A stretch of 64,000 nucleotides of DNA from Chlamydiales bacterium. Lineage in GTDB: Bacteria > Chlamydiota > Chlamydiia > Chlamydiales > JAAZZY01. Each line of letters begins with the position of its first letter. The stretch's first letter is position 1. This document shows positions 11,787 to 24,248 of this stretch, piece by piece. The stretch is taken from NCBI GenBank assembly GCA_965206695.1, contig CBDBKM010000010.1, forward strand, positions 288,001 to 352,000, written 5' to 3'. Both the position numbers and the translations under genes were made by a program. The notes under the pieces are model-generated. The model saw nothing but the letters and a program-made list of their open reading frames with translations. It made no database searches and was not told the DNA's origin.

Positions 11787-13692
11787 ATGAATGTTAAGAG
11801 ACATCGAAATATTCATCGGGATTATGATTATAAGGGAGCCAAACTTCAATTTGATACCCGAAAACTTGATATTGTACGCTCTATTTTGCAAGAAAGAGAG
11901 ATAGGTTATGAGTTAGAGCAGCTACGAGTTATCTACGCTTTAAGCAATTTAATTGAGTTAGATCAATCTGAGAGAAAAATCCTTTTTTTACAAAATCAAA
12001 TCGTTGAGATTGAAAATGATATTGTTTTAGAAAAACATTTGATACAGATCTTAATGGGCTTGAGTCCTGATGATGTTAAAAAAGAGATAGAAATACCGAA
12101 CGCTTCTTTTGTAAAACCTTTCCCGCTACCGGATGAATTACCATTAAATTTACTATCTCGACGCCCCGATCTTATGGCTCAAATCTGGAGGGTGGAAGCT
12201 GCAGCTAAACAAATAGGAGCTGCTAAAGCAGCTTTTTATCCTAATCTAAATCTATAGTCATTTAATTTTATATTGATAAGATTGCTTGATCAATGGCGAA
12301 TTTAAAATTCGTAACTTTTCGTAATATCTCTCTAACTTTATTTTTCATATTAGCCCAATATTTTTCTATAGGATTTAAGTCCGGAGAATATGGAGGAAGA
12401 AACATAAGCTTACAACCGGCAGATGCTACTATTTTCCTGCTTTCCACTGACTTGTGAAAACCGGCATTGTCAAGAATAAGAACACTACCGGGTGTAAGCT
12501 GAGGAGTCAAAACTTCCTTAAGCCAAATATTGAATAACCCGGTATTACAAGTACCTTCAAAACACATTGGAGATAAAAACTGCCCTTTAGATAGGGCTGA
12601 AATAATATTTTGCCTTATAAAGCGGTTTCCTGAAACCGCTCCAAAAACTTTTTTGCCGCGTAAGCTTCTTCCGGACTCACGAAATAAAAATTGATGAATC
12701 CCGGTTTCATCGAGATAAATTCTCTTGTCAAAGGGAATATTTTTTAAATCTTTCATAAAAGCTTCCCGTTTCTTTTCATTTCTTTCCTTATAGCGAGTAG
12801 TTTTTTTTTTCGTGTAATTTTTAATCTTTTAAGGGCATAAAAAATCGTTTGCGGAGTGACTGAAAAATAATCAGCAATTTCCGATAAAAAATAATCCGGA
12901 TGTTTTTCTACATATTTAGATAACAACTCATCATCTAATTTCTTATAAGCATATTTTCTGCGGATTGGCTTTAAATGTCCTTTTTGCTTTTTTTGCAAGA
13001 TCCATCGATATATTGTTGCGATACCTACTTGAAAAATATGGCCGGCTGTTTTTTTATCATGATGTTTTTCTATATGTTGTAATACTTTCTCTCGAAGATC
13101 TACTGAATAGGCTCTAGGCATTGTTTTGTCCTTACTGGTTGTATAAAAAAAGAAGGATAACATATTATCAAATAAAAATTAAAATACTATAGGTGCTCTT
13201 ATTGGTTTTGATACCATCAAGTGGCATAATTTATTTAGCCCGGGAAGTTGGATAGGGGCTTTGAAGCCGGCTCTTAATTTACCGCTTTTTACAGCAGGGA
13301 GACTTCAAGCGAATTTAGAATCCAAGATCCGAGATTATAACGCTTTAGTATATGAATATAACGATCTTGTTCTTCAATCAGCTAAAGCAGTGGCTGATCG
13401 TTTAAATACATTAAGATCAAAAGATGAAGAGCTCTCTATTCAGTCTAAAATACTAGCTAAAACAGATGCTATTTTTGATCGTGACTTGCTCAGATTTGAA
13501 CATGGAATAGATAATTATTTTATTGTACTTGAAGCTCAAGAAGAAGTTTATAATCAACGCCTAAATCAAATTTCCTTCCAACATCAAAAATTATTAGTTG
13601 CATTGCAATTGATTAAAGCTTTAGGAGGGGGATATAATGTGATTTCACCGATTTCGATTCCTGACAATGAAAATATACTAAAGACAGAATAG
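11787..13692 (+). pseudogene. NodT/TolC-family efflux outer-membrane factor, split by IS630
   Basis: LLSRRPDL...AKAAFYPNLNL before the IS and LPLFTAGRL...LIKALGGG after it. Removing 12255-13191 rejoins in frame (NLNL-GALIGFDT). The N-terminus also looks short. Confidence 0.88.
12255..13189 (-). mobile_element. IS630-family element, lineage A copy 1 (two ORFs joined by -1 frameshift)
   Basis: 935 bp; imperfect terminal IRs TAGTCATTTAATTTT / TAGTATTTTAATTTT; TA duplication; DDE motifs YLDETG, LDNAGFH, YSPDLNPIE; A10 slippery run. Confidence 0.95.
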
Positions 13693-13855
13693 TTGATTAT
13701 GATGAATGAGAGATATAAAGGGCTAGCATGAACGGAAGGTCTTTAGAATCAAGAGACTTTGGAAGCAAAAAAAAAGGATTTTAGTCACTAAGAGACGAAA
13801 AGTAAGTGGCTTACGTTTAATTAAAGCAAGTAAATCCTTATCTTTATTTTTTTTC

Positions 13856-15010
13856 TAAACCATTTATTATTAACGATAAATAAATTAGCCCAAGATCTGG
13901 AACAAAATTGTTTTATTCTGTTTGGGGTATCGACAAAAGCATTCCATGGTTTACAGTAGGTTTTGACAATATCGTTATAACCTTTATAACAACGATTTGC
14001 AAAAAATTCATCTTTAAGAGATTGCCCAAACCTGTTCTGTCGGATTTAATTCGGGAGAAGCTTTTGGAAGAGGCAATGAGCTCAAATTAGAAAAATCTTT
14101 GAGGCGTTGAGTTGTAGGCCAAGCAGCTCTGTCTAAAATAATAACACCATGATGTCATGTTAAAATTTGTGCTGAAGTATGTTCGAGAGGAATAAGTATT
14201 GCTTCAGTATTTATAACAGATATTACAAGACCAACCCCTTCATCCCTAGCAAGGCAAACAGCTTCAAATAAATAAACATACTCAAATTCCTGTTGTCTTA
14301 AGACCCGTGGCCTAGTACCTTTTTCCGCCCACATACGTGTTACCGAGCCTCTTTGACCCATTCTAACTTCGTCTTGACACCACATATCCATTTTATCAAT
14401 ATTTATATCAGCAGCCACCACTTTCTTTACGTTATTTAAGAAGTTTTTTTTAAAAGATCTTGTTGTTCTCTATCTACTTGAGGATGTCTCGATCTTCCTT
14501 TAATTCACACTAAATTGATTCTTTTTAGGGTATTGTATAAGGTAGCCGGAGCGGAATTTACACCATACTTTTCTTTTATTTATTCTAACACATTTTGCTC
14601 TCTAATACGCCCGCCGGTTCTATTATTTGGTAATTCTAAAACAGCTGTTTTAAAAAGCCCGTGATCTTCTTTTGGAAGATAGGGTTTTCTACCTCTACCG
14701 AATTGATCTTTTAAACCTTCAATAGCATCTTCTCTAAATCGTTGGAGCTAATTTTGTAAAGTTCTGAGATTTACTCTGATAGCTTTAGCTGTTTCGGTAT
14801 AATTTTTACCCTTTCGTATATGTTCAAAAGCAAGATATCGTCTTCTTTCTCGAGGGGGGTTACCTTCTGTTTTAGCGGATTTATCAAAATCATAAAGCCA
14901 AAGTCCTTTAAGTGCATGTATTTGGATGCCTATTTGTAAGCTTCTTTTTTAAGAAAAAGCTTAACATATTTCTCAAATAATATGTATGAATTTATTTTAT
15001 GGGATTGGTG
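13856..15010 (-). mobile_element. Degraded IS630-family element (lineage D)
   Basis: Fragments RERRRYLAF...GRGRKP, WCQDEVRMGQRG and ASPELNPTEQVW, with many stops and frameshifts. Ends approximate. Confidence 0.82.
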
Positions 15011-15323
15011 TTATAAGTTAGATCGGATGAAATATAAGGAGCTATTTTAAAGAGAAAAATCGCAAGAACGGAAAAGCTTTAAAACTCGTTATTTCATATA
15101 ATTGAGGGACAATCAATCAAAAAGTAGGAATTTAAGAGGATGGGGTTAGAGATTGAGTTAACTCAATATAATCTAAAGCAATTGATGAGAGGAACCCTGT
15201 ATATTGAAGCTCATCTTGAAGAGTCTTTGACTTTAGATGATGTTGCTAAAGCTGCTTGTTACTCTCCCTATCATTTTCATCGATTGTTTACTTCTTATAT
15301 GGGTGAGTCTCTTTATCAATATA

Positions 15324-16417
15324 TACTCATCACGAATAAACCTCCGGATATTTTGTATTCGTATAGTGTAAATTATTTTGTATGAATTCATTTTTAACAC
15401 TATCAGAAGAAAAGCATCTCAGACAGCAACATAAACGAGAAAAGAATGGTCGTATACGAGATCGTATCAAGGCTGTTCTATTGTCGAATAAAGGTTGGAG
15501 TAATACTCGTATTGCTGAAGCTGTGCTTTTAGACGATGAAACAGTGTCTCGTCACATTAAAGAATATCAAAATAAACAGCAATTGCATGTAGAAAGCGGT
15601 GGTTCAGTCAGTAAACTTCTTGCGCCACAGTCAGAAGAATTCATTAAACATTTAACAACTCATACCTATGTCAAAGTAGAAGATATCTGTTCTTATGTTC
15701 TCGCGAAATATGGCATTGTTTATACGATTTCAGGGATGACTTCTTGGCTACACTCACATGGTTTTTCCTATAAAAAGCCTAAAGGTACACCGGCTAAGGC
15801 AAATTCTGATCAACAAAAAGCTTGGATGCAATTTTACACCAAGCTTATGGCATCTCTGCCTAAAAATGAGCCTGTTGAATTTGCTGATGGTGTACATCCA
15901 ACTATGGCAACTAAAATTTCTTATGGTTGGATTCGACCGGGAACAGATAAATTGATTGCAACAACAGCTTCTCGTACTCGAATGAATCTTATGGGGTCTA
16001 TCAATTTAAACAGTATGAAGGTAACAATAGATGCTTATGAAACATTAAATAGCGGTACCATGGCAAAGCATTTTGCTTTGCTACGGTCAAAATACCCCTC
16101 AGCTCCAAATATCCATCTTATTTTAGATCAAGGCCCTTATAATACAAGTATTCAGACCAAACAAGAAGCAGAAAAACAAGGTATTATTCTCTATTATTTA
16201 CCTTCTTACAGTCCTAACCTCAATCCCATTGAACGATTATGGAAAGTGATGAATGAATATTGTCGCAATAATCGGTTTTTTAATTCTGCTAAAGAATTTC
16301 GGAGATCGATTACCGGATTTTTTGAAAATACTTGGCCCTCTATTGCTCAATCAATGAGGAAACGAATCAATGATCATTTTCAAGTCTTAGAATCGGCACT
16401 TTGATTCATAAGGGGTA
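15324..16417 (+). mobile_element. IS630-family element, lineage C copy 1 (single 340-aa transposase, 15382-16404)
   Basis: 1094 bp; IRs TACTCATCACGAAT / TACCCCTTATGAAT; TA duplication; FADGVHP, LDQGPY, YSPNLNPIERLW. Confidence 0.95.
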
Positions 16418-16661
16418 TATAAGGAGGCTACGTCTTGAGAAAGCTGCAGGTTTTTTAATGAATTCCAAGAAAATGATTACCGACATCGCATTAGATTCCG
16501 GTTATGACACGTCATCATCATTTGCAAAAGCCTTTACTAAAGTGATGGGTGTATCGCCGAAGAGTTATCGTGATGCTGCATCATTTGCTACACTTATTAA
16601 AAGAATTGAAATCAAAAAAAAGGAGAACAATATTATGAATCCTGAAATTGTAACTTTAGAT

Positions 16662-18429
16662 CCGACATTCCTAGACCGTAAGATATTTTTTTTGAATTAG
16701 AATTATAGATTGCCTATCCTGTTACTTTTTATTTGATACAAGGAGAAAAGTTATGCCGGAAGTTGCAGGAGATAATATTCAAACAGTGAACATGGATCAC
16801 CATGGATTAATTGCAGCACTTTGCAGCGATCTAAAAATAGCGGAAAGGATTGATACCGGATTAAAAAATCATCCACAAAGAAAAGTAAGTGCGGGACAGG
16901 CAGTAATTGCAATGATTCTGAATGGATTAGGGTTTACTAATAGACGTCTCTACCTAACACATCAATTTTTTGCTTCTAAATCGATAGAGAATTTACTTGG
17001 CAACAATCTTCGAGCAGAAGATCTCACAGATTATACTTTAGGTCATGCTTTGGATGATATTGCGAAATATGGGAGCAGTAAATTATTTGCTGAAGTTTCT
17101 TTTGGAATAGCCCTAGACCATGATTTACTACAAAAAACGCATCATCTAGATACAACAAGCTTTTCCGTTCATGGGTCGTATGAAGTGAAAGATGATCCGC
17201 AAGTGATTGAGATTAAGCAGGGTTATTCTAAAGATCATAGACCTGATTTGAAACAAGTTGTACTTTCTCTCGTTACCAATGGTCCGAGTTCTATGCCTCT
17301 ATGGATGGAAGCCTTAGACGGCAATAGTTCTGATAAAGCAAGTTTTCATGAGACGATCAAAAAAATCAGTGAATTTCAACAACAGATTGATGTAAAAACA
17401 AAGTTTAAGTGGGTTGCCGATTCAGCGTTATACACAAAAGAAAAGCTCTTAAAAAATAATGATTATAAATGGCTCACCCGAGTTCCCGAGATAATAGGAG
17501 AAGCAAAAAGATTAGTAGAAAAACCGGAAGAAGAAATTGATTGGATTGATCAGGAGAAAGGATATAAAACATACAGCTTCACCTCTTTTTATGGAGGGAT
17601 TAAACAAAGATGGCTTTTGGTTTTTTCAGAGCAAGCCTATCAGAGAGAGATAAAATCATTAGAAAAAAAATTGACCAAGGCAGAAGAAAAGCTCAAGAAA
17701 CAACTTTGGCATTTGGGTAATGAGGAATTTAAATGCGAAAGTGATGCTAAAAAAGCTTGGGGCAGATTGACTAAAAAAAATCATTTATATTCCATGAATA
17801 GTGAGATATTGCCGATTCTAAAATATGGTAAATTAGGCAAACCTAAACAAGGAGAGGAAAAACAAGTTGTTGGATACAAGATTCATGCTAGCTTTGAAAG
17901 GGAAGAAGAAGAAATTAATAAACTGATGAATAGAAAAGGACGGTTTATTTTAGCTGCGAATGACACCGATAGAGAAAATTATAAAGATGAGATGATGTTA
18001 GAAGAATATAAAGAACAGCAAAAGGTTGAAGGAGGGTTTCGCTTTTTAAAAGATCCTTGGTTTATGGTTGATTCTATTTTTTTAAAAACCCCTCGACGCA
18101 TTGAAGCATTAATGATGGTTATGACATTGTGTTTAATGGTTTATAATATCGGACAATATCAACTTCGACAAAAATTGATAGAAACAGAAGAGACATTACC
18201 CAACCAATTAGGAAAGGAAGTCAAAAATCCAACATTAAGATGGATTTTCCAAATTATGGAAGGTATCGGAATAATCCGTTTTTTTCAGAAGACTTCCCGG
18301 AGAATTTGTAAAGAAATGATCACAAATTTAACCCGTCTTCGGAAAAAGATTATTGTTTTGTTTGGAAAGACTGCAATGAGGATGTATGGCTTAATTAGAA
18401 AAACTTGTTTAGAGGTCTAGGAATGTCGG
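16662..18429 (+). mobile_element. IS1634-family element (555-aa transposase, 16753-18420)
   Basis: Perfect 16-bp IR CCGACATTCCTAGACC; 6-bp TSD TTAGAT (16656-61 and 18430-35); HLDTTSFS, GYSKDHRPDLKQ, VADSALY, VEGGFRFLK. Confidence 0.95.
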
Positions 18430-18785
18430 TTAGATAAATTGTCTGTTTTATTTATTCGTCGTGTCGGATCTTATAACGAGTCACCGGCAAAAGCATGGGA
18501 AGCACTTTTAAAATATATCGATGTTCATGATATAAAAAAAAATGAACTTCGATATTTGGGAGTGGCTCATGATGATCCTAATATTACAGAAAAAAATATG
18601 TTAAGATATGATGCATGTATTCACTCCGGCAAAGAGATTATAAAAGAGGGGGAGACAGGGGTTCAGACAATTCCGGGTGGCACATATGCTATATTTATTC
18701 ATAGAGGATCTTATCATAAGCTGGAAGAGACCTTTGATTATGCTTTTGGTCAATGGTTACCAAAAAGTGGATTTAAAATCGGGGA

Positions 18786-19658
18786 TCAACTCTGTTTTAC
18801 AGAATATTTGAACCCGGAATTAAGAGATTCACATCCTGAATTATTACTAACGAAAGTATACATTCCGGTACATAAGTGATGCTCAAAGTTAAGGTCATAA
18901 GAAAACCGTCGGTTTTCTATTCGATTAACTTGGGCTAGCTCATTCAGAGAGTTACATAAATAAACACATGCATCCGATGGAATAGCATTGAGAGTGTGCT
19001 GTACTTCATGAACGTGATAGCCCAAATTCGTAACTGTTTTAAGGTGAAAAGATAAAGTAGTTCCAAAATATAGCGGCAAGGTAGATGAGGGGGTGTAAAC
19101 CTTATCATCTAGTTTCCAAAAAATATTCGAAAAAGCACTTTCTAATATAACGTCTTTTTCAGTGGTAGAGATGAGATCATCAAATCCTGTATCCTCTGCC
19201 GCTTGTTTAAGTCCTAGGCGAGAGATAAAGGATAACGTTTTATATTGAGCATAGGGGTCTACAAAAGATCTGGATGATATGCCTATATTCAGAGCCTGAG
19301 TAATAGATGAGCGGTATCGTTTTAAGGTGATAAGGCAGGTTTGATGTTTTCTTTGATTGAAGTGTAAGCTTGTCGATGTACCACCTGTAATAATGATTTT
19401 TAATCTCCAAGTATGAGTCTCAGCGTTATTTTTTGTGATGAGTTCATTTATTTGTTTGGGATCGATATAAGGAGGAATAATATTTAGTTCTTTACACTGA
19501 GAAAATAATTTTTCAATGTGTTCTGTATAAAGAAAAACATTGCCGTCATGTACTTTTAAAGTAGTAAAAAGGCCGTCGCCAAAAAGAAATCCTCTATCAT
19601 TTACAGAGATTTGTGCTTTGTCAGCAGATACGATATCACCGTTTAATAGAACAAACAT
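18786..19658 (-). CDS. pabC: Class IV aminotransferase / aminodeoxychorismate lyase
   Basis: DRGFLFGDGLFTTL, YKTL, ESAFSNIFW; coupled to pabB; 3' end overlaps the AraC 3' end by 94 bp. Confidence 0.82.
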   Translation of the reverse strand: MFVLLNGDIVSADKAQISVNDRGFLFGDGLFTTLKVHDGNVFLYTEHIEKLFSQCKELNIIPPYIDPKQINELITKNNAETHTWRLKIIITGGTSTSLHFNQRKHQTCLITLKRYRSSITQALNIGISSRSFVDPYAQYKTLSFISRLGLKQAAEDTGFDDLISTTEKDVILESAFSNIFWKLDDKVYTPSSTLPLYFGTTLSFHLKTVTNLGYHVHEVQHTLNAIPSDACVYLCNSLNELAQVNRIENRRFSYDLNFEHHLCTGMYTFVSNNSGCESLNSGFKYSVKQS

Positions 19659-21043
19659 CAGACTGAGACCTGTTGTAGAGTGCTTGTTTGTATATTAAGC
19701 GTTTTAAAAATCGATAAACCTTTATAAAAAGTTTCCATAAATTCTTTTTTTGCGTCTGAATCGTAAATAATAGCTCCGCCTAATCTAAATAGAATCGTTT
19801 GCATAGAAATTAAAAAGGTGCGAATGGCGATATTAAAATCAAAATTTCCATTTTTGGTAAAATAACCAATAGAGCCGGTATAAATACCCCTAGAGCGGTT
19901 TTCAAGTTGAAAAATGGCTTCAATAGCTTTTAATTTAGGGCATCCGGTAACCGAACCTCCGGGAAAACAGTTTCTAATCATATCGATTGGATGTATATGC
20001 TCTTTTACGTGAGATTGAATAATAGCTAATAAGTGGAAGACGTTGGTATAGTCCTCTAAGCGATATAGTTCTTTTACCTTAACCGTGCCGGTTTTGCTGA
20101 TTTTCCCTAAATCATTACGCATCAAATCACAAATCATCAAGAGTTCCGATTTTTCTTTTTCAGAATTTATTAACAGTTGTTTGTTTTTTAAATCTTCTTC
20201 CGGATTCGCTCCTCTAGGCATGGTTCCTTTTATAGGTCGGGTCTCTAAAAGGCCTTGTTTATGGCTTAGAAGGCGTTCCGGAGAGGAAGAAATAATGACG
20301 CTATCCTTTAATTTAATAAAAGCTGAGAAAGGGGCGGGATTAAGATTATTGATAGTAAGAAATAATGAAAAAGGATCACATTTTCCCGATATCACAAATT
20401 CACGAGATAAATTAATTTGATAAAAGGTGCCATTAGAGATCTGATCTTTTATCCGGTTAATTTTCTTCGTATATGATTCTAGACCTTCTTCTTGCTCTTT
20501 TAATGAAAGATCAACTGAATCATAGATTGGTTGAGAGTGTTTTATTTCATATAAAAAATTTAATAAAAAAGCCTTTTTAGAAAGTTTTTTCAGCCAATTC
20601 TGCTCTTCATTTGAAAGAACAGAAATCTTAGCTAAATTACTATAAAGCTCTCCCTCTTTCTTGGCATGATCGTAAACAATTGTACAAGCGCACTTTTGAA
20701 AAAAGCAAAAGGGTAGTGAGCCGGGGTGATAGTCTAGAGTAATATCCTCTTCACTAAAGGCCCCCATTTCATATGTTAGGAAACCTGACCAGGTAGGGTA
20801 GTCCATAGTCGTTGAATCAAAATCATTGATTTGTTCTCTTAAACTATCCCACGGATGGGTATGCGGTAAAATGGTATGATCGATTGTTATCCTCTTAAAA
20901 GGAAAAAGAAAAAGAAGGGATTGTTTTGCTGAATTCAAATGGCTACCGGAAAAAAACAGCGCTGTGCCTTCATAGGGTGAAAAAAATTGAGCTAGGGATA
21001 AAATATCTTCAGGTAAACAAGAGAATGAAAAATTATGAATCAT
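19658..21043 (-). CDS. pabB: Aminodeoxychorismate synthase component I (chorismate-binding family)
   Basis: SSSPERL, TRPIKGT, DLMRNDLG, FPGGSVTGCPK, FNIAIRT. Confidence 0.85.
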   Translation of the reverse strand: MIHNFSFSCLPEDILSLAQFFSPYEGTALFFSGSHLNSAKQSLLFLFPFKRITIDHTILPHTHPWDSLREQINDFDSTTMDYPTWSGFLTYEMGAFSEEDITLDYHPGSLPFCFFQKCACTIVYDHAKKEGELYSNLAKISVLSNEEQNWLKKLSKKAFLLNFLYEIKHSQPIYDSVDLSLKEQEEGLESYTKKINRIKDQISNGTFYQINLSREFVISGKCDPFSLFLTINNLNPAPFSAFIKLKDSVIISSSPERLLSHKQGLLETRPIKGTMPRGANPEEDLKNKQLLINSEKEKSELLMICDLMRNDLGKISKTGTVKVKELYRLEDYTNVFHLLAIIQSHVKEHIHPIDMIRNCFPGGSVTGCPKLKAIEAIFQLENRSRGIYTGSIGYFTKNGNFDFNIAIRTFLISMQTILFRLGGAIIYDSDAKKEFMETFYKGLSIFKTLNIQTSTLQQVSV

Positions 21044-21759
21044 GCAGATTGCATGTTGTGATAGACAGCATCAACATCTTCAAGATTTTCTAACCATTCA
21101 ATTAACTTAGTATTGGCTTGTGCTGTCTCAGCATCGACCTCTACCATGGTTTTAGGAACCATGGTAATATTAGCGTCTAGACATTTGATACTTGCATCAT
21201 CAAATTTTTTTTTTATGCTATAGAGCTCATTCGGAGCTGTAACGATGATAAATATATCATCAGCTATATCAAAGTCAACGGCTCCGGCATCAGAGGCTTT
21301 TTGAAAGAGAGCTTCTTCATTATCTTGATTTTTTGACATTTGAATAATACCTTGACGGTCGAAATTAAACACTACAGCACCCGGATTTGCAATGCTTCCA
21401 CCACATTTATTAGTCGCAATACGCATGTCAGAAGAAAAACGATTCTTATTATCTGTCATGGCTTCAACTATGATACCAACACCACCATGGCCATAAATTT
21501 CATAGACAATTTCAGTGTAATTACTTTGCTCTATGTTAGCAGCTTTTTTAATATTACGCTCGACATTTTCATTCGGCATATTAGCTGCCCGAGCCTTTTC
21601 TATCGCTACTCGTAATTTAGCATTATTTTTTTGATCAGAACCACCTAATTTTACTGCACTGATAATCTCTTTTGCAATACGAGAAAAGATTTTACCTTTC
21701 TGTGCGTCGGCACGTCCTTTACGATGTTTTATATTTGCCCATTTACTATGTCCGGCCAC
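21040..21759 (-). CDS. yebC: YebC/PmpR family protein
   Basis: MAGHSKWANIKHRKG, YEIYGHGG, TDNKNR, EDVDAVYHN. Confidence 0.95.
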   Translation of the reverse strand: MAGHSKWANIKHRKGRADAQKGKIFSRIAKEIISAVKLGGSDQKNNAKLRVAIEKARAANMPNENVERNIKKAANIEQSNYTEIVYEIYGHGGVGIIVEAMTDNKNRFSSDMRIATNKCGGSIANPGAVVFNFDRQGIIQMSKNQDNEEALFQKASDAGAVDFDIADDIFIIVTAPNELYSIKKKFDDASIKCLDANITMVPKTMVEVDAETAQANTKLIEWLENLEDVDAVYHNMQSA

Positions 21760-21770
21760 AGCGTATAACC

Positions 21771-22460
21771 TTATTTAAAAAATGAAAATCGATGTTTGTT
21801 TTCCCAGTGTTTTGCTTTGGCAAAGAATTCAAATCGTTGTTCTTGTAACTTGAATTCTTCGCTATGAATACGGTTAATGCCACTTGAGTCAATATATGGA
21901 GGATGAACGTCATGTAACATCTCATGGTAGACAACAAATGAAACAAAATAATCAGGAAATCGTTTGTTATCTAACATTCTATTAATTTTAATCAGCTTTA
22001 AAGGCTCATGATATTGACCAAAGGTGATACGAGAAGTCGTACATTTAGAACGTTTGCCAAACCAGGTAATAGAAAGATCTAGTTGTTCATTAAAATATTT
22101 GTCATTAAGCATTTGATATATTTTTTTAAGATCGTAAGCGTAACCTTTTGAGATAAGAACTCTATCATTGATGCGATGACTATAATCGAATTTCTTAAGA
22201 TTCGTTTGAATATAATCTTGAATGGTCGAACGAGTCGTGTTTTTACGTTTTTGTTGTTTTCCTCGAATAAAGTCCGCTACTGCTGTTAAAACTTCTTCCG
22301 GAGCTTCTAGAAACATGCGGTGCAAGGAGATTCGTGCCGAGTCTTTTTTGCGATCTAAGACACTTAACATAGTCGAATGATTTTCATTGAGGATAATATT
22401 GAGTTTTAGACCGGATATATGTGACAATTGATCGTGAAGTGCTTCATAATTAACTGACAT
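21771..22460 (-). CDS. SprT-like zinc metallopeptidase-domain protein
   Basis: HEMLH (HExxH) and HSEEF motifs. Confidence 0.75.
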   Translation of the reverse strand: MSVNYEALHDQLSHISGLKLNIILNENHSTMLSVLDRKKDSARISLHRMFLEAPEEVLTAVADFIRGKQQKRKNTTRSTIQDYIQTNLKKFDYSHRINDRVLISKGYAYDLKKIYQMLNDKYFNEQLDLSITWFGKRSKCTTSRITFGQYHEPLKLIKINRMLDNKRFPDYFVSFVVYHEMLHDVHPPYIDSSGINRIHSEEFKLQEQRFEFFAKAKHWENKHRFSFFK

Positions 22461-22510
22461 AATGTAGTTCCTATTATTAACTTATTATTATAACAAAATA
22501 TTTGTAGTGT

Positions 22511-23011
22511 TTATAACAGTTTTTCCATCGTTACTTTAGCTTGGTATTTACCATTCTGTTTGAGCCAGTATTTTTGGAAGCCGACTTCGTTAAAACCAAA
22601 ACGTCTATATAACGAAATGGCAGGGTTCCCTTCAAAAACCTCCAAATATAGAACCTTAAGTTTGAATGATTCTTGTGCTAAATGAACAAGCTGATCAATT
22701 AATTGGGTACCATATCCTTTATTACGTTGCTTCTCATCAATGATGATGCCAAAGAGACATTGATGGGCAATTTTTCTATAGGCATGAAGAAAAAGGATTG
22801 CAATTCCGCTAGGCACTCCATCCACTAAAAGGGTCAAACTACATCTCCATTTACTAAAACTAACCAGCATGCGCACGGTATCTTCCACCTCTGCCTTATC
22901 CTCACAAGGGAACCAGCGTAGTATGCCGGGTTCAGATAACCATTGAGCCAAATATTTATCATCACCGGTTTCCGTAAAACGGAAACTAACTTTTTCTTTT
23001 TTTTGATCCAT
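22511..23011 (-). CDS. GNAT family N-acetyltransferase
   Basis: QRNKGYGT, LEVFEGNPAISLYRRFGF. Confidence 0.9.
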   Translation of the reverse strand: MDQKKEKVSFRFTETGDDKYLAQWLSEPGILRWFPCEDKAEVEDTVRMLVSFSKWRCSLTLLVDGVPSGIAILFLHAYRKIAHQCLFGIIIDEKQRNKGYGTQLIDQLVHLAQESFKLKVLYLEVFEGNPAISLYRRFGFNEVGFQKYWLKQNGKYQAKVTMEKLL

Positions 23012-23014
23012 ATA

Positions 23015-24110
23015 TTATCCAAACTCCTTTAAATACGTAACAATAAAGTCGTCGATTTCACCATCCATAACACGTTGAATATCTCCTGATTGAAAGCCTG
23101 TTCGATTGTCTTTAACTAAAGTATAGGGTTGAAAAACATAACTTCTAATTTGGCTTCCCCAACCGATTTCTTTTTTCTCACCACTCAATTGCTTTAATTT
23201 TTCTTCTCTCTCTATGACTTGGGCTTCATATAATTTAGAGCGAAGGAGTTTCATACATGTTTCTCGATTCTGCAATTGACTTCGTTGATTTTGACAAGAG
23301 ACAACTATTTTTGATGGACCATGAGTAATCCTTACAGCTGAATCTGTCTTGTTCACATGTTGGCCTCCGGCTCCGGAGGCGCGATACGTATCAATTCTTA
23401 AGTCGTCGGGCTTTATTTCAATATTGATATCATCTGTAATTTCCGGAGTGATATCTACTGAAGCAAAACTGGTATGTCGCCTTGAATTACTATCAAAAGG
23501 GGAGATGCGTACTAATCGATGGACCCCCTTTTCTGCTTTAGCATAACCATACGCGAAGCTACCGGAAACCTTTATCGTTACACTTTTAATTCCTGCGACC
23601 TCACCATCAACTTGATCAATTATTTCAGACTTCCAGTTCCTTTTAGAGGCCCATCGTTGATACATTCGGGATAACATTTCTGCCCAATCGCAAGACTCAG
23701 TACCTCCGGCCCCGGCATTAATATGAAGGTAACAATTTTTTTGATCCAGCTCCCCTGAAAGCATTTTTTTTATTTCAAGTTCAGATAAAGCTTTTTCAAT
23801 TTGATCCAATTCATTTAGGAGCTCATTGATAATGTCTTGCTCTTCTGTCTGATAAGCTTCCGGTAGTAGCTCCATAACAGCTCCGAAACGTTCCTTAATA
23901 TTGTTATAAGGTGTTGTCCAAGCACTCAATTCATTACACTGATTAATAATTTGTTGAGCTTGGGCATTATCGTCCCAAAATTGAGCATCTTCCATTTTAA
24001 ATTTTAATTGTGTAACTTCTGTTTCCTTGTTTTCAAGGTCAAAGATACCTCCACATATGCAGTAGTCGATCTTCGATTATTTTTACACGTTGTTGAGTTT
24101 CTTCTTGCAC
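23015..24110 (-). CDS. prfB: Peptide chain release factor 2 (programmed +1 frameshift)
   Basis: GTG start at 24110 gives VQEETQQR...MWRYL, then CTT-TGA-C. The downstream frame carries SPF and GGQ. Confidence 0.96.
24038..24052 (-). promoter_or_regulatory. prfB autoregulatory frameshift site
   Basis: Minus strand GGAGGTATCTTTGAC: internal SD followed by CTT TGA C. Confidence 0.93.
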
Positions 24111-24248
24111 AGAGGGGTCCTTTTATTTTTAAAATTTTCAAATCAAGGCAAAATAGATAGCTGTTTGAGATTAAAAAGTCAAAGAAAGTTATCAGAAAAA
24201 CAGCAACTAGAAATATCAAATAAAAATCAATTTTTATTTAATTAGATG

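Larger units (their letters stand above)
15140..18879 (+). pseudogene. AraC-family regulator with GyrI-like effector domain, split by two IS
   Basis: Pieces ACYSPYHFHRLF...YQY | IRRLRLEKAA...GYDTSSSFAKAF | RRVGSY...LRYDAC...HRGSY. Both insertions excise in frame. Confidence 0.92.
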
